A stretch of DNA of 64,000 nucleotides from Hydrurus foetidus (taxonomy: Eukaryota): positions 1 through 64,000 of the forward strand of contig UYFQ01000057.1 in the NCBI GenBank assembly GCA_900617105.1, written 5' to 3'. The notes under the pieces are model-generated. The model had not been told where the DNA came from. It did not search any database and saw nothing but the letters and a program-made list of their open reading frames with translations. The position numbers and the translations under genes were made by a program. Positions within the stretch are counted from its first letter, which is position 1, and the number at the start of each line of letters is the position of its first letter. Shown piece after piece: positions 19,785 to 29,554 of this stretch.

Positions 19785-20347
19785 CCACCTTAAGCACCAT
19801 GACCGCTACCACCATCACCGAAACCCCACTGCCCCCGCACAGCCAGATTGCCCAGCGCACCGCAGGCGCCGACTTTGCCGACTGCTACACCTTTGCCGAC
19901 CCACAGCCCGCCAGCAACGCCATGGAAACCTACCTGACCGTGATGGGCTACACCCCGGGCTGGATGAACTTTCTCATGTCGGTGCGCAACCAGGCCGTGC
20001 GCCTGGTGGGCCTCAAGCACCTGGGCAGCCTGGAGGTAAAGATGCAGGCGCAAGACGCCAAACCCGCCGCCCGCTACGCGCTGGGCGACCGCGCGGGCAT
20101 CTTCAGCCTGTGCTACCTGTCGGCGCCCGAGGTCATCTTGTGCGACGACGACAAACACCTGCGCGTGGAGCTCTCGGTCTACAAACACCAGCAAGACGGC
20201 CAGCCCATGGTGTCGATCAGCACCGTGGTGCACAACCACAATGCACTGGGCCGCGCCTACATGGCCATCGTGGGGCCGGTGCACCGGCTCATCGTGCCCA
20301 AAATGCTGCGCCAATCCCTGCATGCCGCACGCACCGCGCACCAGTAA
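19781..20347 (+). CDS. DUF2867-like protein
   Basis: DFADCY, P-W-x-x-LM-x-x-RN, DDKHL and NALGRAYM..GPVHRLIV pattern recognised from memory. Confidence 0.8.
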   Translation: MTTLSTMTATTITETPLPPHSQIAQRTAGADFADCYTFADPQPASNAMETYLTVMGYTPGWMNFLMSVRNQAVRLVGLKHLGSLEVKMQAQDAKPAARYALGDRAGIFSLCYLSAPEVILCDDDKHLRVELSVYKHQQDGQPMVSISTVVHNHNALGRAYMAIVGPVHRLIVPKMLRQSLHAARTAHQ

Positions 20348-21647
20348 GCTCGCGCGCGGCGCCATCGTGGGCGTCGCCGCCGCACAGGCGGGTGCCACGC
20401 AACTGGCGCGCTCGGCAAAAAAGCTGGTGCAGCGCAGCGCCAGCACCGCCGACCAGGAAGCTGCCCGTGTGGAGCACGAAGCCAAGATGGGCCGCATCGC
20501 GTTCACCGCGCTGAACCAGCTCAAGGGCACGGCGCTGAAAGCATCGCAGCTGCTGAGCATGGAGCTGGGCCTGCTGCCCGACGGCGTGCGCCAGCAACTG
20601 GCACGCGCACACTACCAAGTCACACCGCTGAACCGCGCGCTGGTGCTCAAGCTGCTGCGCCAGGAGCTGGGTGACAGCCCCGAGGCGCTGTTTGCCGAAT
20701 TTGACCTGCAGGCCTTTGCCGCCGCCAGCCTGGGCCAGGTGCATGCGGCCACGCTGTTGAGTGGTGAGGCCGTGGCCGTCAAGCTGCAATACCCCGGCAT
20801 GGCCGCCACCATCCAGAGCGACCTGGGCATGCTGCGCCTGCTGCTCAAGGGCATCAGCCTGGGGCCCGAGGCGCTGCCCAGCGCCGACATCCAGGCCCGC
20901 GTGATGGACAACATCGCCCAAACGCTGACGCAAGAGCTCGACTATGTGCACGAAGCCCAACAACAGCAATGGTTTGCCCAGCACCTGCAGCACCCGCACT
21001 TGGTGCTGCCCCAACCGGTGATGGACCGCACCACGCCACGCGTGCTGACCATGCAGCGCCTGCACGGCCTGCACCTGCCCGAGTGGCTGGCCACCCAGCC
21101 CAGCCAGGCCCAGCGCGACCACTATGGCCAGCTGCTGTTTGACACCTTTATGCAATGCGCCTGGGGCTTGCAGCGCATGCAGGCCGACCCGCATGCGGGC
21201 AACTACCTGTTCATGGACGAAGGCCGACTAGGCATGCTGGACTTTGGCTGCACGCGCACGCTGTCGCCCCTGTTTTGCGAGCAGGCAGCCATTGCCTGGA
21301 GGGCTGCACTGCGCCGCCCCAAAGACACGGCGGCGCTGCGCAACGCCTACCTGGCGCTGGAACTGATTGACCCCGCGCTGGACCTCCAGCGCTTTGAAAC
21401 CGAGCTGCTGCCCGCGCTGGCCGGCGTGCAAGACTGGCAATGCCTGCCACTGCGCAGCGCGGTGTACGACTTTGGCCAGCTGCCACCGTTCCCCCAACCT
21501 GACTCGGCCGTACGGCGCGCCGCCACACACCACATGCGCGCCCTGCCCCCGGACCTGCCGCACTTTGACCGCGCCTACCTGGGGCTGACCCAGATGCTGC
21601 GCAGCCTGGGCGCCCGCGTGCGCACCCGCAACCCCTGGATTTTTTAG
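20322..21647 (+). CDS. ABC1/AarF/UbiB-family atypical kinase
   Basis: FAAASLGQVH, VAVKLQYPG, ELDY, ADPHAGN, LDFG. Confidence 0.92.
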   Translation: MPHAPRTSKLARGAIVGVAAAQAGATQLARSAKKLVQRSASTADQEAARVEHEAKMGRIAFTALNQLKGTALKASQLLSMELGLLPDGVRQQLARAHYQVTPLNRALVLKLLRQELGDSPEALFAEFDLQAFAAASLGQVHAATLLSGEAVAVKLQYPGMAATIQSDLGMLRLLLKGISLGPEALPSADIQARVMDNIAQTLTQELDYVHEAQQQQWFAQHLQHPHLVLPQPVMDRTTPRVLTMQRLHGLHLPEWLATQPSQAQRDHYGQLLFDTFMQCAWGLQRMQADPHAGNYLFMDEGRLGMLDFGCTRTLSPLFCEQAAIAWRAALRRPKDTAALRNAYLALELIDPALDLQRFETELLPALAGVQDWQCLPLRSAVYDFGQLPPFPQPDSAVRRAATHHMRALPPDLPHFDRAYLGLTQMLRSLGARVRTRNPWIF

Positions 21648-21683
21648 GGCGCGGCGGGCAATTTTGGTGGCACCATAGCCGCC

Positions 21684-24083
21684 ATGAAGTTCATCCTTAA
21701 AATTATTGGCGGCCTGTTAGCCTTGCTTGTGATTGCCGCGCTGGCCCTGGGCAGCTGGTACCTGTACACCAAGCAACCGGTACGCAGCGGCACCCTGCTG
21801 CTGGATAACCTGAGCGCCAAGGTGACCGTGCGCTACGACGAGCGCGGTGTGCCCCATATCGACGCGGCCAACCAGACCGACATGTACCGTGCGCTGGGCT
21901 ATGTGCATGCACAAGACCGGCTGTTCCAGATGGAGATGGTTCGCCGACTGGCCAAGGGCGAGTTGGCCGAAATTCTGGGCCCCAAGCTGCTGGACACCGA
22001 CAAGCTGTTTCGCACCCTGGGTATACGCACCCGCGCCAAGGCCATGGCCGCCGCGATGGACATGAGCACGCCCGCCAACAAGGCCCTGCTGGCCTACCTG
22101 GACGGGGTGAACCAGTACCAGGACCACAACCGCGCACCGGTGGAATTCGACATCCTGGGCATTCCCCACACGCCCTTCACCCCCGAGGACACGGCGGCGG
22201 TGTCGGGCTACCTGGCCTACAGCTTTGCCACCGCGTTTCGCACCGAACCGGCCATGACCTTTATCCGCGACAAGCTGGGGCCTGACTACCTGCGCGTGTT
22301 TGACATCGACTGGCACCCCGATGGCGTTCTGGCGCCCGCCGTGGTGCTGAAAGACAACGACTGGAAAGGCCTGAACCGCATCGCCCAGGTGAGCCAGCAG
22401 GCTATGGAGCTGGCCAGCATTCCACTGCTGGAGGGCAGCAATGCCTGGGCCATCTCGGGCAAGCGCACGGTCAGCGGCAAGCCGCTGTTGGCGGGCGACC
22501 CGCACATTGCGTTCTCTACCCCCAGCGTGTGGTACGAGGCCCACCTGAGCGCACCCGACTTTGAGTTGTACGGCCACTTTCAGGCGCTGAGCCCGGCCGC
22601 GCTGCTGGGCCACACCATGGACTTTGGCTGGAGCCTGACCATGTTCCAAAACGACGACATGGACCTGATCGCCGAGAAGGTGAACCCCGACAACGCCCAG
22701 CAGGTCTGGCACAACAACCAGTGGGTAGACTTGGAAACCCGCACCGAGACCATCACGGTCAAGGGTGCAACGCCCGTGAAGCTAGTGCTGCGCAGTTCGC
22801 CCCACGGCCCCATCATCAATGATGCGTTTAAGGACAGCCTTGGCGACACGCCGATTGCCATGTGGTGGGCGTTTCTGGAAACCGAGAACCCCATCCTGCA
22901 GGCGTTTTATGAACTGAACCGCGCCGACACCCGCGACAAAGCGCGCGAAGCGGTGAGCAAAATCCATGCGCCCGGCCTGAACATCGTCTGGGCCAACGCC
23001 AAGGGCGACATTGGCTGGTGGGCCGCGGCCAAGCTGCCGCAGCGCCCCGAGGGTGTAAACCCCACCTTCATTCTGGACGCCGCCAAGGGTGAAGCCGAGA
23101 AGCCCGGCTTCTACGCCTTTACTTTCAACCCGCAGGAAGAAAACCCGGCGCGCGGCTACATCATGTCGGCCAACCAACAGCCCAAGCCCAGCAGCGGCGT
23201 GCCAGTGCCCGGCTACTACAACCTGGCGGACCGCGCGCAGCGCCTGGACCGCGCACTCAGCAATCCCAAAATCCGCTGGGACACCAAGGCCGCACAGGCG
23301 CTGCAGCTGGACACCGGCAATGGCTACGCGCAGCGCGTGCTCAAAGACCTGATGCCGGTGCTGCAGGCCGTCGTGACCGATGCCAACGAAAAGGCTTTTC
23401 TGGAGCCCCTGACCAAGTGGGACGGCGACTACACCCTCGACAGCATTGCCGCCACGCTGTTCACCCAAATGATGTACGAGCTGGCCAAGGGCGCGATGGA
23501 AGATGAAATGGGCGAGGTGCAGTTCACGAACCTGCTGAAAACCCGCGCGCTGGACGCGGCCCTGCCGCGGCTGATCGCCGATGCCAACTCCCCGTGGTGG
23601 GACAACAAAAATACCAAGGCGGTGGAAAGCCGCTTTGAGACCGTGCGCATTGCCTGGAGCAACACCCTCAAACACCTGCAAGGCCTGTATGGCACCAGCC
23701 TGCTGGACTGGACCTGGGGCAACACCCACACACTGACCCACAACCACCCGCTGGGCCGGCAAAAGCCGCTGGACTGGTTGTTCAACGTCGGGCCCTTCTC
23801 GGTACCCGGCGGGCGCGAGACACCCAATAACCTGTCCGCTCCGATGGGCCCGGCTCCATGGGCGGTCACCTATGGACCGTCCACGCGGCGCGTGATTGAT
23901 TTTGCCGATGCCAGCAAGGCCGTAGGCATCAACCCGGTGGGGCAAAGCGGTGTGCGGTTTGACAAGCACTACGCCGACCAGGCGGAACGCTATGCGGAGG
24001 GAACTTACGTGCGGGAGTACCTGAACGAAGATGACGTCAAGGCCCACACCGAGAGCGTCCTCACGCTAAAACCCGCGCACTAG
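21684..24083 (+). CDS. Penicillin acylase family Ntn hydrolase
   Basis: GVPHI, AQDRLFQM, GSNAW and DPH motifs. Confidence 0.95.
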   Translation: MKFILKIIGGLLALLVIAALALGSWYLYTKQPVRSGTLLLDNLSAKVTVRYDERGVPHIDAANQTDMYRALGYVHAQDRLFQMEMVRRLAKGELAEILGPKLLDTDKLFRTLGIRTRAKAMAAAMDMSTPANKALLAYLDGVNQYQDHNRAPVEFDILGIPHTPFTPEDTAAVSGYLAYSFATAFRTEPAMTFIRDKLGPDYLRVFDIDWHPDGVLAPAVVLKDNDWKGLNRIAQVSQQAMELASIPLLEGSNAWAISGKRTVSGKPLLAGDPHIAFSTPSVWYEAHLSAPDFELYGHFQALSPAALLGHTMDFGWSLTMFQNDDMDLIAEKVNPDNAQQVWHNNQWVDLETRTETITVKGATPVKLVLRSSPHGPIINDAFKDSLGDTPIAMWWAFLETENPILQAFYELNRADTRDKAREAVSKIHAPGLNIVWANAKGDIGWWAAAKLPQRPEGVNPTFILDAAKGEAEKPGFYAFTFNPQEENPARGYIMSANQQPKPSSGVPVPGYYNLADRAQRLDRALSNPKIRWDTKAAQALQLDTGNGYAQRVLKDLMPVLQAVVTDANEKAFLEPLTKWDGDYTLDSIAATLFTQMMYELAKGAMEDEMGEVQFTNLLKTRALDAALPRLIADANSPWWDNKNTKAVESRFETVRIAWSNTLKHLQGLYGTSLLDWTWGNTHTLTHNHPLGRQKPLDWLFNVGPFSVPGGRETPNNLSAPMGPAPWAVTYGPSTRRVIDFADASKAVGINPVGQSGVRFDKHYADQAERYAEGTYVREYLNEDDVKAHTESVLTLKPAH

Positions 24084-24778
24084 CCGCCGGCCAACAGGTC
24101 GCGCAGCTCGGTCAGGCTGGCCACCGTGGCGTGTGGGTGCTGCGCGTAGCTCCACAGGTGCTCGGCACGGTTCACCCACACGGCCTGCATGCCCACGCCC
24201 AAGGCACCCAGCACATCCAGCGCCGCGTCGTCCCCGACGTGCAGGATGGCCTCGGGCGGCACACCCAGCGCATCGGCTGCCGCATGAAAAATGCGGGGGT
24301 CGGGCTTGCCCACCCCCGCATCGCGCGCACTCACGCTGCCCTTGAAATACGCGCCAATGCCCACTGCGTTCACATCGGCATTGCCGTTGGACACGGCATA
24401 GATTGGCCATCGCGCGGCCATCCACTCCAGTGTGGCAAGGGCATCGTCAAATAATTCCACGCGCATGCGCTCGGCAAAAAACAGGTCAAAAGCGGGATCG
24501 GCCAGGTCGGTGTCATCGCCCGCGCGCTCCAGCGCCAGGCGGATGGATTCGCGGCGCAGCACGCTCAGGTCATGCGCCTGGGCGGCCCATTGCAGCTCGG
24601 TGGCCTCGCGGATGGAGCGGCGCGCGTGCGGGTCGGCATACAGCGCGGCCGTGGTTGGCGCGTATTGCAGCAGCCAGGCATGCAAGACCTTTTCGGCACG
24701 CTCAATGCAGGGCCAGATAGGCCACAAAGTGTCGTCCAGATCGAGGGTGATTGCGCGGATGGAAGAAAGTGCCAGCAT
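24080..24778 (-). CDS. HAD-superfamily hydrolase (YigB-like)
   Basis: DLDDTLWP, SNGN, KPDPRIF, HVGDD. Confidence 0.93.
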   Translation of the reverse strand: MLALSSIRAITLDLDDTLWPIWPCIERAEKVLHAWLLQYAPTTAALYADPHARRSIREATELQWAAQAHDLSVLRRESIRLALERAGDDTDLADPAFDLFFAERMRVELFDDALATLEWMAARWPIYAVSNGNADVNAVGIGAYFKGSVSARDAGVGKPDPRIFHAAADALGVPPEAILHVGDDAALDVLGALGVGMQAVWVNRAEHLWSYAQHPHATVASLTELRDLLAGG

Positions 24779-24797
24779 AGGTGCGGGAGAATACCGC

Positions 24798-25901
24798 ATG
24801 CTTCTCACCTCCCCCTTCCAGCCCGAGCCCCCCTACACCCATGGCCAGGTGCCCCGCACGGCGGTGCTGCTGTGCAACCTGGGCACGCCCGATGCGCCCA
24901 CGCCGCAGGCCGTGCGCCGCTACCTGGCGGAGTTTTTGAGCGACCCGCGCGTGGTGGAGATTCCACGCCTGCTGTGGCTGCTGATCCTGCACGGCATCAT
25001 TTTGCGCACGCGCCCGGCCAAGTCGGCCGCCAAGTACGCCAGCGTGTGGACGCCCGAGGGCTCGCCGCTCAAGGTGTGGACCGAAAAACAAGCCAAGCTG
25101 CTACAGGGCTGGCTGGGCCAGCGCAACCACCAGGTCAAGGTGCGCTGGGCCATGCGCTACGGCAGCACGTCGATTGCCTCGCAGCTGGACGCCATGAAGG
25201 CCGAGGGCGTCACCCGCGTGCTCATCGTGCCGGCCTACCCGCAGTACAGCGGCACCACCACCGCCAGCCTGTGCGACGCGGTGTACGCCTGGGCCGCCAA
25301 GACCCGCGCCATTCCCGAGTTCCGCTTCATCAACCGCTACCACGACGACGCGGGCTACATCGCCGCCCTGGCCAGCAGCATCCAGCGCTACTGGAAGGTC
25401 AATGGAAAGCCCGACAAACTGCTCATGAGCTTTCACGGTGTGCCCGAGCGCACGCTGCAGCTGGGCGACATGTACCACTGTGAATGCCACAAGACCGCAC
25501 GCCTGCTGGCAGAGGCATTGAACCTTAGCAAAGACCAATACCAGGTCAGCTTTCAGTCCCGTCTGGGCCGCGCCAAGTGGCTGGAGCCCTACACCGAACC
25601 CACGCTCATCGCCATGGGCAAGGCCGGCGTGAAACGCGTGGACGTGGTCTGCCCCGGCTTCAGCAGCGACTGCCTGGAGACCCTGGAAGAAATCAACATG
25701 GAAGCCCGCGAGGCCTACCTACACGCAGGCGGCAAAGAGTTCCACTACATCCCCTGCCTGAACGACGACCCCGAGTGGATCACCGCGCTGTGCAACCTGA
25801 CGCAGAAGCATCTGCAAGGCTGGCCCACGCTAGAGGTGGCGGATGCGGCGGTGCTGCAGGCGTCAAGGAATGCGGCGGTGAAGATGGGGGCGAAGCAGTA
25901 G
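24798..25901 (+). CDS. hemH: Ferrochelatase
   Basis: NLGTP, YPQYS, SFHGVP, FQSR, DCLETLEEI. Confidence 0.97.
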   Translation: MLLTSPFQPEPPYTHGQVPRTAVLLCNLGTPDAPTPQAVRRYLAEFLSDPRVVEIPRLLWLLILHGIILRTRPAKSAAKYASVWTPEGSPLKVWTEKQAKLLQGWLGQRNHQVKVRWAMRYGSTSIASQLDAMKAEGVTRVLIVPAYPQYSGTTTASLCDAVYAWAAKTRAIPEFRFINRYHDDAGYIAALASSIQRYWKVNGKPDKLLMSFHGVPERTLQLGDMYHCECHKTARLLAEALNLSKDQYQVSFQSRLGRAKWLEPYTEPTLIAMGKAGVKRVDVVCPGFSSDCLETLEEINMEAREAYLHAGGKEFHYIPCLNDDPEWITALCNLTQKHLQGWPTLEVADAAVLQASRNAAVKMGAKQ

Positions 25902-25924
25902 TCTCTTCATTACTGCTTTAGGCC

Positions 25925-25970
25925 TCTAGCCCCCGTGGAATATGCGCTAGCAGCTACTAAAGTGATAGCA
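25925..25970 (-). repeat. 46-bp dispersed repeat
   Basis: Reverse complement TGCTATCACTTTAGTAGCTGCTAGCGCATATTCCACGGGGGCTAGA. Confidence 0.8.
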
Positions 25971-25972
25971 AG

Positions 25973-26194
25973 TCAGTGCACCTGGTCTGCCACCAGCTTG
26001 TCTGCCGCCTGAACGGCCTCATCCCGAGTCGGCCAGGTCTTGTCGCTGCCTTGCAACGGCGGCAGCGACTCCACGTGAATGACCTCGATGGTCCAAGGAC
26101 CATCAGGGTAGTGACACAGCTTGGCCATGTAATGCCGCCCGCCCGCGACGCCTGGGACGTATTCCTCGATCGGTTCCGGTTCTTCTATTTCCAT
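25973..26194 (-). CDS. Hypothetical protein
   Basis: 73-aa ORF with a purine-rich RBS and protein-like composition. Confidence 0.6.
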   Translation of the reverse strand: MEIEEPEPIEEYVPGVAGGRHYMAKLCHYPDGPWTIEVIHVESLPPLQGSDKTWPTRDEAVQAADKLVADQVH

Positions 26195-26241
26195 CAGGTT
26201 TCTTTCCAAATTTCGATTCTGCGCAACCCACTGTGCGCTGC

Positions 26242-26451
26242 TCAATCCTTGAGATCCACGCCCAAAGCGCTCAGCTTCTTCGCATACGAGTCCCTGCGCT
26301 TTGCGGCCTTTGCCGCTGTTTCGACAGCCACCTGAATCGCCTTGGGCCCTTTTTTCCCCGCCGTTTTGACCAATCCCAACTTATGCGCAGCCTCGGCCTC
26401 CGCTCTGCGGAAAGTGGCGATGAGTTCGGCATGGGTAGCGGATGGATTCAC
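26242..26451 (-). CDS. Small basic helical hypothetical protein
   Basis: 69-aa Ala/Lys-rich ORF. Confidence 0.55.
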   Translation of the reverse strand: MNPSATHAELIATFRRAEAEAAHKLGLVKTAGKKGPKAIQVAVETAAKAAKRRDSYAKKLSALGVDLKD

Positions 26452-26745
26452 GGGGAGTTCTCGGTGTTTAAAGCGCTATTTTCTGCGTTTTTTCGAGCAC
26501 ATCACCGTTTAGGGCGAGATGACGTTGCCGGGCTGTGTGTGATTGGTTTAGAAAGTGTGGGCGGGCAGCTTTGCGGCGTTTTCTGTCGTCCACTAAGTAG
26601 GTCCAATTGCCAGCTTTCAGCGCTTTGGCACCTAGAATCTGACAATCGCAAGCTGCGGGGTTTGTCGGAATTTTTATACCTGTATAAAAAGGTCGAAAAT
26701 TCGAGGAAACCTAAGCTGCAAGCCACTTACAAGAGGTTTTCGTGT

Positions 26746-26806
26746 CCAGAATATCCCGCAGCACCCAGAATATCCTGCAGTTTTTGCGGTATACATTACG
26801 TTAAAG
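26746..26806 (+). other. attI-like recombination site
   Basis: GGTATAC-N5-GTTAAAG core (26788-26806) preceded by two 16-bp direct repeats CCAGAATATCCYGCAG; no attC hairpin upstream. Confidence 0.7.
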
Positions 26807-26814
26807 CGCATTCC

Positions 26815-27144
26815 ATGGTGCCCTCAGAATCCCTTTCCAGTGAAGTTGTTTGTTCCGCGCTCAGCGATTGGGGCAGAGGTGATCTTTCAGATGAACAAAT
26901 GCATTTCTGGGCCACAAACAACTATTTCCCCGCGCACCAGGTTGTTGCTCCCAATGAGCCAGACCACGTTGCATTGGCCATCGGTATCGTCCTAACGGAG
27001 TTTGAATGCGCTAAACCGCCTTACAAATTTGGCAGGGCAGTCGCGGCATATGCGTTGGCACTTATCGAGTCAGACGCGAACGAGTTTGAAGCTTGCAAGG
27101 CGGACTTCTTTGATTCACTGCGATTGCACAAACATGCCCTTTAA
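26815..27144 (+). CDS. Cassette 1 hypothetical protein (109 aa)
   Basis: ATG just after the crossover GTT; stop inside R'' of the attC. Confidence 0.75.
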   Translation: MVPSESLSSEVVCSALSDWGRGDLSDEQMHFWATNNYFPAHQVVAPNEPDHVALAIGIVLTEFECAKPPYKFGRAVAAYALALIESDANEFEACKADFFDSLRLHKHAL

Positions 27145-27225
27145 CATGCCAATCGACACGGACCCACAACAGCAGGAAGCGGCTTCGCCGCAAAGTGTTG
27201 TGGTCCGGTCATCTTCACGTTCGAC
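27139..27225 (+). repeat. attC site 1
   Basis: CTTTAAC...GTTCGAC, 87 bp, internal palindrome. Confidence 0.92.
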
Positions 27226-27266
27226 GTCACAGAAGTACAGCGCTTCTATTACCTGAAAGGAATGCG

Positions 27267-27677
27267 ATGACCACTCTATCAAGTCGTACAAAAGACAACG
27301 CGTGGAAGCTGAAGACGCCGCCGGGCACCTCTGAGTACACGATGCATACCGACGAGAAAGATGGAAAGCAAATCCTCGTCTGCACGGTGGGCAGTACCGT
27401 GTTGAATTACGATGCGCGGTGCATTGACGACCTCCATGCCATGCTCAAGAAAGCTGGTGACTGGGTTGAACTTGGTGGTGCCGATGAGCAAAAACCCGCT
27501 AAAGATGGAACCGTAGAGGCTTGGGGCCGTTCGGAATCGAACCCGGTCGGTGGCTGGTATGGTATGAAAAAAGGCCTGCGCGGTCGTTTCGGAGTTTATG
27601 TGCCCCCGCTCATGGAAGCGCTCGGATTGTGTGAGCTTGAGCACAACGCCAAGAACAACCGAATGCGCGCCAAGTGA
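27267..27677 (+). CDS. Cassette 2 conserved hypothetical protein (possibly DUF6855-like)
   Basis: AAGGA RBS; WKLKTPPGTSEY and NPVGGWYG..KGLRGRFG; family assigned from memory only. Confidence 0.8.
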   Translation: MTTLSSRTKDNAWKLKTPPGTSEYTMHTDEKDGKQILVCTVGSTVLNYDARCIDDLHAMLKKAGDWVELGGADEQKPAKDGTVEAWGRSESNPVGGWYGMKKGLRGRFGVYVPPLMEALGLCELEHNAKNNRMRAK

Positions 27678-27678
27678 T

Positions 27679-27765
27679 GCCGAACATTTCGCTCGGCGCG
27701 GACACGCAGCAGCACAATGCCGCTTCGCGGCCCATGCTGCGTGCCGGGCAGCTTTGACGTTGAGG
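27679..27765 (+). repeat. attC site 2 (R' interrupted by an IS after GTT)
   Basis: GCCGAAC...GTT|GAGG, 87 bp. Confidence 0.88.
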
Positions 27766-29554
27766 CTGTAAAAAAACTCTCAATTTGCCAATTTCCGTCA
27801 GCCCCCGCGTGGTCTAAAACGTTGTATTTATATCCCCAACGTACCCCGCAGAACATGGCCCGCTACAAACCCCAAGACCGTAACAGCATGCTGCTGCCAG
27901 TCGTGTTGTCCGAACAAATCGTCCCCGGCAGCTTTGCCTTTGCACTGGACTACCTGGTCGACAACGAGCTTGACCTCACGGCCATGGATGCCAAGTTCAA
28001 GAACGATGAGGTAGGAGCCAGTGCCTACGACCCCCGCGTCATGCTCAAGATCGTCTTGCTGGCCTACAGCCAGGGCCTGATCTCCAGCCGCACCATTGAA
28101 CAAGCTTGTGCGCGCAACGTCCAATTCATCGCCATCAGTGGCGACAGCCAACCCAGCCACACCCACATCGCCAAGTTCGTCTGCAGCCTCAGCGACCAGA
28201 TCAAACCCCTATTCAGCCAAGTCCTGATGACCTGCGATGCCCAAGGCTTGATCGGACGCGAGATGTTTGCCATCGACGGCGTCAAGCTCCCCAGCAATGC
28301 CAGCAAAGAGCGCAGCGGCACCCATGAAGAACTGCGCCACCGCGCTGACCGTTTGGACCAGGCTGCAGACAAGATACTGGCGCTGCACCAAGCCCAAGAC
28401 AAACAAGGTAGTGACCAGCCGCTGGAACCCAAGCGTCAAGCCCAAATGGACGCCCTGCGCAAAGAAGCCAAACGCACACGGGAATTCTTGGCCACCACTC
28501 CCAAGCGTATTGGCAGTAAAGGCAAAGAGCTCAAGTCCAACGTCACCGATCCACAGAGCGCCAAGATGGCCACCAGCAAAGGCGTCATGCAAGGCTACGC
28601 GGCACAGGCTGCTGTGGACAGTGCAAACCAAGTCATCATTGCAGCGGATGTGATTGGCTCCGGCTCCGAGCAAGCCATGCTGCTACCTATGATTGAGCAG
28701 GCAAGCCCCTTTCGCACACCAGATACCCTGGTCACCGCCGATGCGGGGTACCACAGCGATACCAACATTGCGCAACTGATGCAGCAAGGCATCCCCGCCA
28801 TGGTGGCTGACAACCAGATGCGCGCCCGTGATGAGCGCTTTGCGGAACAAGACAAATACAAAGGTAAGCCCGATCCACTGTCCGAGAAGAAAGCCACCGG
28901 GCAGGAGAAGGAGGTCAAACGGTTGGGCCCCAAGGACTTCACCTTCAATGATGACAACACGGCTACATGCCCGGCGGGCCAGGTGATGACCAGTGCAGGC
29001 ACCATCTACTTCACTGCAAATGGACAGCCTTATCAGCGCTACACGGCCAAAGCAAGAGACTGCGAATCGTGCCCCTGCAAAACGCAATGTCTCAAAGGCC
29101 CCATGAAGCCCAACGATGGACGCGGCAGAAGCGTCACCCGCTTTGAGCCCAAACCCAAAGACCCAACCAACCCCAGTGAGCGCATGCGCCAAGCGATTGA
29201 CTCACCCCGGGGACGCCAGCTTTACAGTCAACGCTTTGGCACAGTGGAGCCGGTGTTTGCCAACATCCGCCACAACAAGCGCCTGACTCGGTTGAACCAC
29301 CGAGGCCGCACCAAGGTCAATACGCAGTGGAACCTGTACTGCATGGTGCATAACATTGAGAAGCTATCGAAGACGAATCTGGGATGTCAGAGGGTTCGAT
29401 AAAGAGGCCATAAGGCCCTGCAGACGCTATCAGGCTCGAAACTGAGAAAAATTGCGGCACACTTTGCGCATGAGCGCCAAATTCTTAAAAACCGATCCAC
29501 GAATCACGCACAGCCGACATGGCGGGTTTGGAAATCGGGTTTTTTTACAGCCTC
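27762..29554 (+). mobile_element. IS1182-family insertion sequence, 1793 bp
   Basis: Perfect 16-bp terminal IR GAGGCTGTAAAAAAAC; GTT duplicated on both sides. Confidence 0.93.
27855..29402 (+). CDS. IS1182-family DDE transposase (515 aa)
   Basis: YDPRVMLK..SSR.IE N-domain, AIDGVK, ADAGY, Cys-rich insert, VEPVFANI. Confidence 0.94.
   Translation: MARYKPQDRNSMLLPVVLSEQIVPGSFAFALDYLVDNELDLTAMDAKFKNDEVGASAYDPRVMLKIVLLAYSQGLISSRTIEQACARNVQFIAISGDSQPSHTHIAKFVCSLSDQIKPLFSQVLMTCDAQGLIGREMFAIDGVKLPSNASKERSGTHEELRHRADRLDQAADKILALHQAQDKQGSDQPLEPKRQAQMDALRKEAKRTREFLATTPKRIGSKGKELKSNVTDPQSAKMATSKGVMQGYAAQAAVDSANQVIIAADVIGSGSEQAMLLPMIEQASPFRTPDTLVTADAGYHSDTNIAQLMQQGIPAMVADNQMRARDERFAEQDKYKGKPDPLSEKKATGQEKEVKRLGPKDFTFNDDNTATCPAGQVMTSAGTIYFTANGQPYQRYTAKARDCESCPCKTQCLKGPMKPNDGRGRSVTRFEPKPKDPTNPSERMRQAIDSPRGRQLYSQRFGTVEPVFANIRHNKRLTRLNHRGRTKVNTQWNLYCMVHNIEKLSKTNLGCQRVR

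Noticed and set aside
26607..26638. TTGCCA...TAGAAT as the Pc cassette promoter
   Set aside because: The spacer is 20 bp, too long to call with confidence.
26233..26814. N-terminal extension of the 303-aa ORF 26233-27144
   Set aside because: It crosses the attI site and overlaps an opposite-strand gene. The cassette ORF more plausibly starts at ATG 26815.
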